From Verrucomicrobiaceae bacterium UBA7681 (GTDB taxonomy: Bacteria; Verrucomicrobiota; Verrucomicrobiia; Verrucomicrobiales; Verrucomicrobiaceae): a stretch of DNA of 64,000 nt. The notes under the pieces were generated by a model, which saw only the letters and a program-made list of their open reading frames with translations, made no database searches and had not been told where the DNA came from. The stretch covers positions 16,777 to 80,776 of the forward strand of contig DLGZ01000025.1 of assembly GCA_002482965.1 (NCBI GenBank), read 5' to 3'. The translations under genes and the position numbers were made by a program. Position 1 is the first letter of the stretch, and each line of letters starts with the position of its first letter. Of the stretch, positions 1-8,174 are shown one piece after another.

Positions 1-555
1 GCCGAATTTGAACTGGCAGACAGCCTTTCCAGCAGTCCGGATCTTCAATTGGACCCCATGAAGAAATGCGGGCTGCACCTGTTGCTGGCGTGCTATTTCC
101 TGAAGGAACAACGGTGGTCTGATGCGGACCGGTGCCTAGCCTCCGCGAACCGTGCCTGGCCGGACAATCCGGTGGTGATCTATCTGACAGGGGAACGACA
201 GATCGCCGGCAAGGACTATGCGGCGGCTGATGAATCCTTCGCGAAGGCTCTGAAGGGCACCGATTTCGAATGGCTGTCGGAGAGGATTGCTGCGCGGGTG
301 AAACGGTTGCGTGACAACCCGGCCAGTCTGGAACCCTTCTTGCTGGATTATCGGCTGATGGCCGACCTGAGCTGGTCGTTCATCAAAAACCAGTCGGAAA
401 AATCGGATGCTCTGAAGAAGCTGCAGGAGCAGGTGAATGCCACGCAATCCTACATTCAGGAGTTGAAGAAGAAGATGCCTGTCGTGGAGCTGAAAATGCC
501 CGAATTGAAAGACCTGTTCAAGGAGAGCACGGAGCCGCCCAGCGGCAAGCCGTAA
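1..555 (+). CDS. hypothetical protein, 5'-truncated by the window edge (helical C-terminal part)
   Basis: Frame 1 is open from base 1, with no stop before the TTG at 49 or the ATG at 58. Stop TAA at 553-555. Coding-like composition and a K/E-rich helical tail. No catalytic motif recognised. Confidence 0.5.
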   Translation, partial: AEFELADSLSSSPDLQLDPMKKCGLHLLLACYFLKEQRWSDADRCLASANRAWPDNPVVIYLTGERQIAGKDYAAADESFAKALKGTDFEWLSERIAARVKRLRDNPASLEPFLLDYRLMADLSWSFIKNQSEKSDALKKLQEQVNATQSYIQELKKKMPVVELKMPELKDLFKESTEPPSGKP

Positions 556-660
556 ACGGCCTCGGTTGGATGGCTAAATGCGGAGAGCGGAATCTAAAGC
601 GGATGAAGGGAATCTGTCGCAGGGGGAGGGAGACCGTGCTATCTGAGCCGCCCCCCACTC

Positions 661-2574
661 ATGTCTCCTATTACTCCTGCTGTCGTTTCCGCCAAAGACC
701 TGCGCCTTCAATTTGGGCTGCAACAGGTTTTCAATGATGCGACGATGAGCATTCATGAGGGTGAGAAGCTGGGGCTGGTGGGTCGTAATGGCTCAGGGAA
801 GACGAGCCTGATGCGCATCCTGGTGGGGACGGAGAAGCCGGACAGTGGGACGATCTCGCGGAGGAATGGGATCATCGTGAGCCATCTGGCGCAGGAGTTT
901 GTGCTGGATGATGAGTCGTGCGTGATCGACAACGTGCGGGCGGGTGCTTCGGCTCTGCTGGAGATGGTGGAGCGCTACGAGTCTGGCGACTACAAGGGAG
1001 ATCAGGAGGATGATTTGCTGCATCACATCCAACTGCATGATGGCTGGGGCGTGGAGACGCGAATCAGCACGGCGATGAATGAGCTGGGGCTGCCGGCGGC
1101 GGATCGCATTGTGAAAGGGCTTTCCGGGGGTGAGAAGCGGCGTGTGGCGCTGGCGCGGGCGCTGGTGTCGCAGCCGGATCTGCTGCTGCTGGACGAACCG
1201 ACCAACCATCTGGATGCGGAGTCGATCGAATGGCTGGAGATTTTCCTGCGGGACTTCACGGGGGCGGTACTGTTTGTGACGCATGACCGGTACTTTTTGG
1301 ATCGGGTGGCGACGCGGATCATCGAGATTGATGACAGCCGGATTTACAGCCACCCCGGCAACTACAGTGACTTTTTGGAGAGCAAGGCGATCCGCGAGTC
1401 TGTGGAGGCGAATTCGGAGCGGCGGCGGCAGAGCTTTCTGCGGCATGAGCTGGAGTTTGTGCGTGCGGGCGTGAGAGGCCGGGGGACGAAGCAGCGGTCA
1501 CGACTGGATGAGTATGACCGTGTGGCGGCCATCGACGCGCCTGAGGCGGAGCTGGTGATGGATTTGATCATCCCGCCGGCGTCTGCGCTCGCGAACACGA
1601 TCATCGATGCGGTGGAGATCGGTGCGCACATCAATGACCGGTGGTTGTTCAGTCATCTGAATCTGAGCTTTGAAGCGGGGACGTGCACGGGGATCATCGG
1701 CCGCAATGGTCTGGGCAAGACAACGCTGCTGCGGATGCTGATGGGTCAGCAGGCACCGAACGAGGGCAAGGTCACGATTGGCAAGCGCACGGTGTTTAAC
1801 TATGTGGATCAGCAGCGACTGCTGCTGAACCCGGAGAACAGCGTGATGGAGGAGGTGGCGGGGCCGATGTCTGAGTTTGTGCAGTTCGGGCCGGAGAAGA
1901 TGCATGTGCGCACGTATCTGCGGCGCTTCCTCTTCACCGACGAACGTGTGACGATGCGGGTGAAGGAGCTGAGCGGTGGCGAGCAAAGCCGCGTGCTGCT
2001 GGCGAAGATCCTGCGCCGGGGTGGCAACTTCCTGATTCTAGATGAGCCGACGAATGATCTGGATCTGCAGACGATGCGGGTGCTGGAGGAGGCGATCCTT
2101 TCCTTCAAGGGCTGCGTGCTGGTGGTGAGCCATGACCGGTATTTCCTGGACCGTGTGTGCGACCGGATGCTCGCTTTTGAAGGTGAGGGGCGCATTCATG
2201 AGTGCGCGGGGAACTACAGCTACTACCAGGAGAAGCGGGCGGCCAAAGCTGCTGCGGAGCTGGCTCTGGTAAACGCGGCGGTGAAGAAGGAAAAGACGGT
2301 GGCGGCAGCGGCTGGCAATGCGAATGCCGCGAAGGTGAAGAAGATGTCGCAGAAGGAGCAGCGGGAACTGGCTGAGTGCGAAGCGGCGATCACCCGGCTG
2401 GAGGGGGAGATTGCAACGATGGAGGGGGAGCTGAGCAACCCGGAGACGTTTGTGAAACTGGGGGCGGGGACGAATGACTTTATTGCCAAGCTCGATGCGA
2501 AGAAGCATGAGCTGGAGGGGAAGTTTTCGCGGTGGGCGGAGCTGGAAGAGGTACGGGTGGCGTGTGAGGGGTGA
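661..2574 (+). CDS. ABC-F family ATPase (Uup-like: two ABC domains plus C-terminal coiled coil, no TM domain)
   Basis: ATG at 661. Two Walker A motifs (GRNGSGKT, GRNGLGKT), two ABC signatures (LSGGEKRR, LSGGEQSR) and two Walker B motifs (LLLLDEPTNHLD, FLILDEPTNDLD). A/K/E-rich coiled-coil tail. 637 aa. Confidence 0.93.
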   Translation: MSPITPAVVSAKDLRLQFGLQQVFNDATMSIHEGEKLGLVGRNGSGKTSLMRILVGTEKPDSGTISRRNGIIVSHLAQEFVLDDESCVIDNVRAGASALLEMVERYESGDYKGDQEDDLLHHIQLHDGWGVETRISTAMNELGLPAADRIVKGLSGGEKRRVALARALVSQPDLLLLDEPTNHLDAESIEWLEIFLRDFTGAVLFVTHDRYFLDRVATRIIEIDDSRIYSHPGNYSDFLESKAIRESVEANSERRRQSFLRHELEFVRAGVRGRGTKQRSRLDEYDRVAAIDAPEAELVMDLIIPPASALANTIIDAVEIGAHINDRWLFSHLNLSFEAGTCTGIIGRNGLGKTTLLRMLMGQQAPNEGKVTIGKRTVFNYVDQQRLLLNPENSVMEEVAGPMSEFVQFGPEKMHVRTYLRRFLFTDERVTMRVKELSGGEQSRVLLAKILRRGGNFLILDEPTNDLDLQTMRVLEEAILSFKGCVLVVSHDRYFLDRVCDRMLAFEGEGRIHECAGNYSYYQEKRAAKAAAELALVNAAVKKEKTVAAAAGNANAAKVKKMSQKEQRELAECEAAITRLEGEIATMEGELSNPETFVKLGAGTNDFIAKLDAKKHELEGKFSRWAELEEVRVACEG

Positions 2575-2595
2575 GGGGTGAGGGGTGAGGCGGGG
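2564..2595 (+). repeat. G-rich heptamer microsatellite (GTGAGGG)x3 + GTGAGGC + GGGG
   Basis: Read directly: GTGAGGGGTGAGGGGTGAGGGGTGAGGCGGGG. The ABC-F stop codon TGA (2572-2574) lies inside the second unit. Confidence 0.9.
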
Positions 2596-2598
2596 AAA

Positions 2599-2616
2599 GG
2601 AGCCTGTCGTGGCTCC
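2599..2616. terminator. short hairpin in the 48-bp convergent gap (GGAGCC-N6-GGCTCC); possible bidirectional terminator
   Basis: 6-bp perfect stem with a 6-nt loop between convergent stops at 2574 and 2623. No U-tract. Confidence 0.25.
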
Positions 2617-2622
2617 GCAAGA

Positions 2623-3339
2623 TTACTTTGTCAGCACGATGGGCGCACAGTATTTATCGGTCCGGAGAGCGAACGATTCGCCAGCTTTGCATTCTCTGAC
2701 GCACACGATCCATTCAAGGCCCGTTTCATCACTTATGAGGTTGGTGTTTGCCTCCAGAATTTTCCACCCCATGGCCTCGACATCTCGCCGGGAAATAATG
2801 TCATCTGCTTTGTTGCTGTCCTCATTCTGCCAGCGTGACGCAAATGCCACGTATACCAGACCGTCCGTTTCGACGCTGAACTCAGTTAACGCGATGTGTT
2901 TGTGCTTTGGCTGTGCAAACCGCAAGCCCGTAAATGTATCGGGAATTTGCATCCACAGATATTCACTCTCCGTGTAGAGTTTTTCGCCCTTCTTCAGCCG
3001 GGCGATGGCCGAGTTTTTCACGTTCACCTTGGCCATCGTCGGAGCGCCGCCTGGCAGGCTGGAAGCCTTGGATCCCGGCGGCGGCAGTGGAAAACGCTCC
3101 TTAATTTCATTGTCCACGGCGGTAGCCGCTTCGAGCTTGCCATCCTTGACGTATTCGGCTTTCAGCTTGAGCAACTCATCCCTGTATTGCGACCGGACAG
3201 GAGACGTTACTCGTTCAACTGCCCGCTCGAAATTCCCTCGAAGTGTCACCAGACGATCAGGCATCGTCCCTGCGGGCGCCTGGGCCAGACTGGTGCCCGC
3301 AGACACAATCAAGAGACTGAAGATGAGAGCAGGATTCAT
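2623..3339 (-). CDS. secreted hypothetical protein
   Basis: ATG at 3339. N-terminal signal peptide MNPALIFSLLIVSAGTSLAQA. 238 aa. No family recognised. Confidence 0.7.
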   Translation of the reverse strand: MNPALIFSLLIVSAGTSLAQAPAGTMPDRLVTLRGNFERAVERVTSPVRSQYRDELLKLKAEYVKDGKLEAATAVDNEIKERFPLPPPGSKASSLPGGAPTMAKVNVKNSAIARLKKGEKLYTESEYLWMQIPDTFTGLRFAQPKHKHIALTEFSVETDGLVYVAFASRWQNEDSNKADDIISRRDVEAMGWKILEANTNLISDETGLEWIVCVRECKAGESFALRTDKYCAPIVLTK

Positions 3340-3426
3340 GGTTGGATTTCGTGGTGGATGTGAGGCTACTTTGCCGAAAGGAATCTCGGCAAGAAAAATT
3401 TATTCTGGAGACGGGCCCAACGCCTC

Positions 3427-4068
3427 TCACTCCAGCACCTTGATCTTCAGATTGCGGTAATAGACGGGAGCCTGGGCTTTGCCGTGGAGGCCTTGGAGGC
3501 CGATGGGGCCGGTGCGGGCGTAGTCTTTGAGGGCTTTCTTGAATTTGTTGGGGGTGCCGTCGGGGTTTTTGCCGATTTCGGGCCAGTTGTCGAGGTTGGC
3601 GTTGATGACTTCTTCGCCGTTGAAGACGACGCTGATCATGGGGCCTTTGCAGGTGATGGTGAAGTGGTTCCACTCGCCGACGGGCTTGGCCATGCTCTTG
3701 CTGGGGGGCATGGCGTCATAGATGGCGGCGACCATGCCGTACTTGCTGCCGTCTGCGGAATCGTGGACCTGGATTTCGAGGGCGGAGAGCACGTCCTTGA
3801 TGTTGCCTGAGCGGATGAAAACGCCGCTGTTGGACTCCTTTTCGACTTTAAATTCGAGGTCGAGGATGAAGTCGCCGTAGGAATCCTTGGTCCAGAGGGT
3901 TTCGTGGTCCTTAGCGACGAGGACGCCGTCTTTGAGCTCCCACTTGCCGGGATCGACGGCGTTGGAAAGGTCGGCGGCGAAGAGGTCCTTCCAGCCGGTG
4001 GTATCGGGAGCATCGACGGCCAAAGAGAGGGAGGCGGTGGCGAAAAGCGCGAGGAGGGTGTGTTTCAT
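3427..4068 (-). CDS. DUF1080 (3-keto-disaccharide hydrolase-like, concanavalin-fold) secreted protein
   Basis: Start taken at the in-frame ATG 4068 (MKHTLLALFATASLSLA signal peptide). The 46-codon upstream extension in the track has no signal-peptide logic. Family-typical segments: W..KDGVL, GDF.L..EFK....NSGVF.R, EIQV.D, W N...I, and the ending YRNLKIKVLE. Confidence 0.85.
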   Translation of the reverse strand: MKHTLLALFATASLSLAVDAPDTTGWKDLFAADLSNAVDPGKWELKDGVLVAKDHETLWTKDSYGDFILDLEFKVEKESNSGVFIRSGNIKDVLSALEIQVHDSADGSKYGMVAAIYDAMPPSKSMAKPVGEWNHFTITCKGPMISVVFNGEEVINANLDNWPEIGKNPDGTPNKFKKALKDYARTGPIGLQGLHGKAQAPVYYRNLKIKVLE

Positions 4069-4302
4069 GGGGTGAGTGGTAACGTGAATGCGGCCGGGAA
4101 GATTCCAAGTTTTGGAAGGAAGATAGAGTGCGGTAAGGACCTCCATCCCAATGATGGATGCTGTTTTTGGGAGGTAAATCCGGGCCGAATCGACCTGCCT
4201 AAGCATCAGGGAAACGCGGAGCTGGATTTATAGGATTGCTTTTTTCTCCGGCTTGGCCAATTCTCCATAAAATAACCCGCCAGCATTCACAAAATCAGTT
4301 CC

Positions 4303-4662
4303 ATGAAATCCGCTCACTCCCTGGTCATTCTCTCGATTCTTGCCGCTCTTTCCCTCACCTCCTGTGGTCATGACTGGAGCTGGAGTGGTGGCGGCTACAA
4401 TCGCGTGCCCCCGGGTGGCACCTACTACGGCAGCAACTTTAACAGAGCACCGAGCTTTGGTGGGCATGGCGGTGGCTACGGCAATGGCTACAGCGTCTGG
4501 CCACAGCCGACGATCAACTACGGTGAAAACTTCACGTGGGAAGACGAGCCGACCAATGTGGGCAACAGCTGGGACCACGGTGGCTATTCTCTCCAGTCAA
4601 CGAGAACGAATCTAGTTACCCGACAAGAGTCGTACCAAACCGTCCGCACCTCCGGCAAATAG
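4303..4662 (+). CDS. small Gly/Tyr/Asn-rich lipoprotein
   Basis: ATG at 4303. Signal peptide plus lipobox (ALSLTS-C) at residues 15-21. 119 aa, low-complexity G/Y/N-rich mature part. The 3' end overlaps the convergent gene by 51 bp. Confidence 0.6.
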   Translation: MKSAHSLVILSILAALSLTSCGHDWSWSGGGYNRVPPGGTYYGSNFNRAPSFGGHGGGYGNGYSVWPQPTINYGENFTWEDEPTNVGNSWDHGGYSLQSTRTNLVTRQESYQTVRTSGK

Positions 4663-5976
4663 TCCCTTCCCATCAAAGGTGATGCTGGTCTGGAGCGGCA
4701 GAGTGCCTCCAGAAGGAAAAGATTTGATGGCGCCGCCGCTGGAGTTCCATAGGCGGACCTGATTGTCCCGGCCGGCGCTGAGGAGTTCGCCTTTGGGGCC
4801 GAAGGCGATGGCGAGGACGCCGTTGGGGAGCTTGCCATAGGAGCCTTGGGGGCGTGCTGGAGGATGGGCGTTGTTTTTGGTGACGGTGGGCCAGCCGTCT
4901 TTCGCATCCCACCAGATGAGGAGGCCGTCTTCACCGCCGCTGGCGAGCATTTTGCTGTCGCTGCGCCAAGCAAGGGCACGCACTGCGGCTTTGTGCTCGG
5001 AGAGGGAGAGGAGGATGCCGCCGCCGGTGGCGTCCCAGAGGTGGATGCCGCCAGCGCGATCTGAGCTGGCGAGTTTTTTGCCGTCGGGGCTGAAGGCGAG
5101 GGCGGTGATCCAGTCGGTGTGCTTGGTGAGCTTATGGCGGAGTTTGCCATCGGCGGTGCCGTAGATTTTAACGACTTTGCCGGAGCCGCCGAGGGCGACG
5201 AGTTGCTGATCGGGGCTGAGATCGGCGGCGAGCACGGCGTCGGTTTCGTCGCCGATGGTGGTGAGGCGTTTGCCGGTTTTGATATCAAAGAGGACGACGC
5301 TGCCGGACTGGACGGGCTTGCCACCGGCGACCACTAGGACGCGCCCGTCGAGGCTGAAGCGGATGACGTTGGGCTGGCCTTCGGGGAATGCGAGGGCGCC
5401 GATCTGCTGCTGCGTGGTGGCATCGAGCAGGCGCACGTGTTCATGACCAGCGACGGCGATGAGGGGTGCGCGCGGACTGGCGGCCATGGCGATGACGGGG
5501 AGCGGGCGGTTTAATGCAGGGGGTGTGAAAGCAGGCAGGGACTCGGGCATTGGTGGCGGGCCGTCGAGTTTGATGTCGGTGGTGGGCGTGAAGGTGGTGT
5601 CGCGCTCGGCTACAAGGGATTTGCTGGCGGAGGATTCGCGCAGGCCGCCTTGGATCCACTGGCGGATTAGCTCGATCTGCGGGGCGGGAATGGCGGCTTT
5701 TTTGGGCGGCATGCGCTCGGCATCATCTTCGGCGGTGATGGCTTGGAAGAGCAGGCTCTGGCTGGAACGACCGGCGATGACGGCTTTGTCGCCGCTGCCG
5801 CCTTTGAGGACGGCGGTGAAGTTGGCGAGGTTCAGGTCGGCCTTCTGTTCATCGTCGCCGTGGCATTTGAGGCAGTGCTCACGGAAGATGGGCTTGATGT
5901 GTTCGTCATAGGTGATGACGGCATCGGCGGCGAGTGCGGACGTGAGCAGGAATGGGAAAAGTAAAAGCGGACGCAT
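4612..5976 (-). CDS. exported c-type-cytochrome-motif (PSCyt1-like, CLKCH) / WD40 beta-propeller protein
   Basis: The track start at 5982 is TTG; I prefer the ATG at 5976 ([19 protein letters not shown] signal peptide). CxxCH motif CLKCH at 5860-5874. Repeated WD-like blades follow (e.g. [40 protein letters not shown]). Confidence 0.85.
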   Translation of the reverse strand: MRPLLLFPFLLTSALAADAVITYDEHIKPIFREHCLKCHGDDEQKADLNLANFTAVLKGGSGDKAVIAGRSSQSLLFQAITAEDDAERMPPKKAAIPAPQIELIRQWIQGGLRESSASKSLVAERDTTFTPTTDIKLDGPPPMPESLPAFTPPALNRPLPVIAMAASPRAPLIAVAGHEHVRLLDATTQQQIGALAFPEGQPNVIRFSLDGRVLVVAGGKPVQSGSVVLFDIKTGKRLTTIGDETDAVLAADLSPDQQLVALGGSGKVVKIYGTADGKLRHKLTKHTDWITALAFSPDGKKLASSDRAGGIHLWDATGGGILLSLSEHKAAVRALAWRSDSKMLASGGEDGLLIWWDAKDGWPTVTKNNAHPPARPQGSYGKLPNGVLAIAFGPKGELLSAGRDNQVRLWNSSGGAIKSFPSGGTLPLQTSITFDGKGLFAGGADGLVRLLSGN

Positions 5977-5978
5977 GA

Positions 5979-8174
5979 TCAATGATTGAAGATGAACTCC
6001 GTTGAATTGAGGAGGCTCCAGAATATGTCCTGGTAGGGCTTGCGGTCTTTGGTGTCACTGCCGACGAGTTCGAGGAGGGCTTTGAGTTCTTCGGGCTTGG
6101 GTTTGCGGCTGAGGGCGCGGAGGTAGAGGTCTTCGATGATCGTTTCAGGCGGTGTGCCGGCTTTGAGTTGTTTTTCGATGACCTTGCCGGAACCGACCTG
6201 GCTTTGGACGGTGTCGCCAGCGACCATGTGGAGGGTTTGTGAAAGGGTGGGCTCAAGCTTGGTGTCGCAGGCACAGACGCTGGCGCGTCCCGCGCGGCCA
6301 AAGGTTTCGAAAAAGGGATCGCCGGTATTCGCGTTGTTGGTGTCGCCGGGGGTTCGCGGGTAGTGCTGGATGGCCTTGGTGCCTTTGGGAAAATACACGA
6401 AGCCGCGTTGGCCATCAGTGGCTTCAACGATGGCATCGAGCAGGACATCGGCACGCAGGCGGCGGAGCTGGGAGCGTGAGAACTGGCGCGTGTCGTCGGC
6501 GTTGGTGGCGTTTGGCTGCGCGGAGAGCTGGTAGGTGCGCGAGGTGGCGATGTCGCGAATGAAGGCGCGCAGATTGAAGTTGGAGTCGCCAAGGTGCTGC
6601 GCGAGGGCGTCGAGCAGGGGGCCGTTGGTGGGCAGATTGCTCACGCGCATGTCGTCGAGCGGTTCCACGAGACCGCGACCCATAAAGTGGGACCAGATGC
6701 GGTTGGCGAGATTGCGGGTGAAGAGCTCGTTCTTTGGCGAGGTGAGCCATGCGGCGAGGGCCTGACGCGGATCTTTGCCTTTCGGCACGCTGCTTTCACC
6801 GCCGAGCACGGTGGCGGGCATGGGGCGTTCATCGACGAGGTGTTTGGCGGGTGCAGCGGACAAGTCGTTGAAGACATAGAACTCGCGAGGCTCGACGCCG
6901 AGCTTGCGCTGGATACCGGTGAAGAAGCTGACCCAGCCATAGTAGTCGTCCTGGGTCCAGCGGTCGAAGGGATGGTTGTGGCACTCGGCGCACTGGATGC
7001 GCACGCCGGTGAAGAGCTGGGAAAAATCGGCGGCCAGGTTCTTGGGGGTCACGCGCACATCATGCACGAGCATGGTGTAGAGATTGGCGGGGCCGCTGTT
7101 GATGTTGCTGCCGGTGCCGGTGATTTGATCGGCGACGAATTCGTTCAGCGGGCGGTTCTGCGCCATTTGATCGTGAATCCATTCGTAGTACACGTCGGCG
7201 GCTTTGATGTCCGTAGCAGTGGGGGCGTAGCCACCGCCTTTGAGGCGAAGCATTTCGGCCCAGAGATCGGTCCAGAGGTCGGTGAAGCCGTCGCTTTTCA
7301 GCAGGCGGTCGATGAGGGCGGTGCGCTTGTCCTTGTCGGTGTCCGCCATGAAGTCGTGATACTCCTTGGTGGTGGGGAGGGTACCGCTGAGGTCGATGAA
7401 GATGCGGCGGAGGAAGGTTTCGTCATCGCAGATTTCGGAGGGCAGGAGGCGCAGCTTTTGCAGGCGGTCGTGGATGATTTCGTCGATGTAGTTGTTCGCG
7501 ACGGGATGGGTCCATTGGTAGTTTTTGTCCTGCGGGAGGACGATGACTTCGGAGCCGATGGTGAAGCGGTTGAAGCGCGCGAAGACATGGGTGTCGCCAC
7601 GGCCGGTGGCTGAGACGAGGCCGTCTTTGTCGATCTTGGCGGTGGAGGGGTTGTTGGTGGCGAAGAGGGCGAGATCGGTGACATCGCGCTTGGTGCCGTC
7701 GGAGTAGCGGGCGGTGACGGTGGTCTTCTGCGTGCCTTTGCCGCCTTCGAAGACGATGCGGTCGGGGGCGAGGGTGATCTCGACGGGTTGCGGGACGGAT
7801 GCGGCATCGTCGGGTGTGCCGGCGGCGATCCATTTCAGCAGGGTCTGGTAGTATTGGGTATCGGGCTTGAAGAGTTCACCACCGGTGTGGGGGACTTTGC
7901 CGGTGGCTTTGAGGAGCATGAGGCTTTGCTCGGGGGCGGCGAGATTGACGCGACGGCCTACCATCTCCTGAGTGATACGGTAGTAGTCGCCTTTGGCATC
8001 GTAACCGAAGAGGGAGAGCATGAAGCCGTCCTTGCCGCGTGCGGAGCCGTGGCAGGTGCCCTGGTTGCATCCTGAGCGGAAGAGGATGGGCATGACATCG
8101 CGGCGGAAGCTGGGGGCTTCTTCTGCGCAGAGAGAGGCCGCGCACACTGAAAGAACAATCAAAGAGCGGAGCAT
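5979..8174 (-). CDS. exported Big_2 + DUF1549 + DUF1553 (PSCyt/PSD1-type) protein
   Basis: ATG at 8174. Signal peptide [19 protein letters not shown]. Order of segments: N-terminal CNQGTCHG box, an Ig-like Big_2-type segment (..[20 protein letters not shown]..), a DUF1549-like segment ([20 protein letters not shown]..), then DUF1553 with [12 protein letters not shown] (CAECH at 6978-6992). 731 aa. Confidence 0.88.
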   Translation of the reverse strand: MLRSLIVLSVCAASLCAEEAPSFRRDVMPILFRSGCNQGTCHGSARGKDGFMLSLFGYDAKGDYYRITQEMVGRRVNLAAPEQSLMLLKATGKVPHTGGELFKPDTQYYQTLLKWIAAGTPDDAASVPQPVEITLAPDRIVFEGGKGTQKTTVTARYSDGTKRDVTDLALFATNNPSTAKIDKDGLVSATGRGDTHVFARFNRFTIGSEVIVLPQDKNYQWTHPVANNYIDEIIHDRLQKLRLLPSEICDDETFLRRIFIDLSGTLPTTKEYHDFMADTDKDKRTALIDRLLKSDGFTDLWTDLWAEMLRLKGGGYAPTATDIKAADVYYEWIHDQMAQNRPLNEFVADQITGTGSNINSGPANLYTMLVHDVRVTPKNLAADFSQLFTGVRIQCAECHNHPFDRWTQDDYYGWVSFFTGIQRKLGVEPREFYVFNDLSAAPAKHLVDERPMPATVLGGESSVPKGKDPRQALAAWLTSPKNELFTRNLANRIWSHFMGRGLVEPLDDMRVSNLPTNGPLLDALAQHLGDSNFNLRAFIRDIATSRTYQLSAQPNATNADDTRQFSRSQLRRLRADVLLDAIVEATDGQRGFVYFPKGTKAIQHYPRTPGDTNNANTGDPFFETFGRAGRASVCACDTKLEPTLSQTLHMVAGDTVQSQVGSGKVIEKQLKAGTPPETIIEDLYLRALSRKPKPEELKALLELVGSDTKDRKPYQDIFWSLLNSTEFIFNH

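Noticed and set aside
3373-3392. Hairpin TTGCCGA-N8-TCGGCAA between the DUF1080 gene and the 238-aa gene, as a terminator
   Set aside because: The 7-bp stem is real. On the transcribed (minus) strand the T-run precedes rather than follows the stem, so it does not fit an intrinsic terminator. It is too weak to annotate.
6594-7613. 339-aa plus-strand ORF, and others (8298-8810, 8838-9701, 4584-5324, 5906-6592) within the four-gene operon
   Set aside because: These are antisense or off-frame shadows of the DUF1553, 807-aa and WD40 genes. Composition is low-complexity and they have no independent start or signal features.
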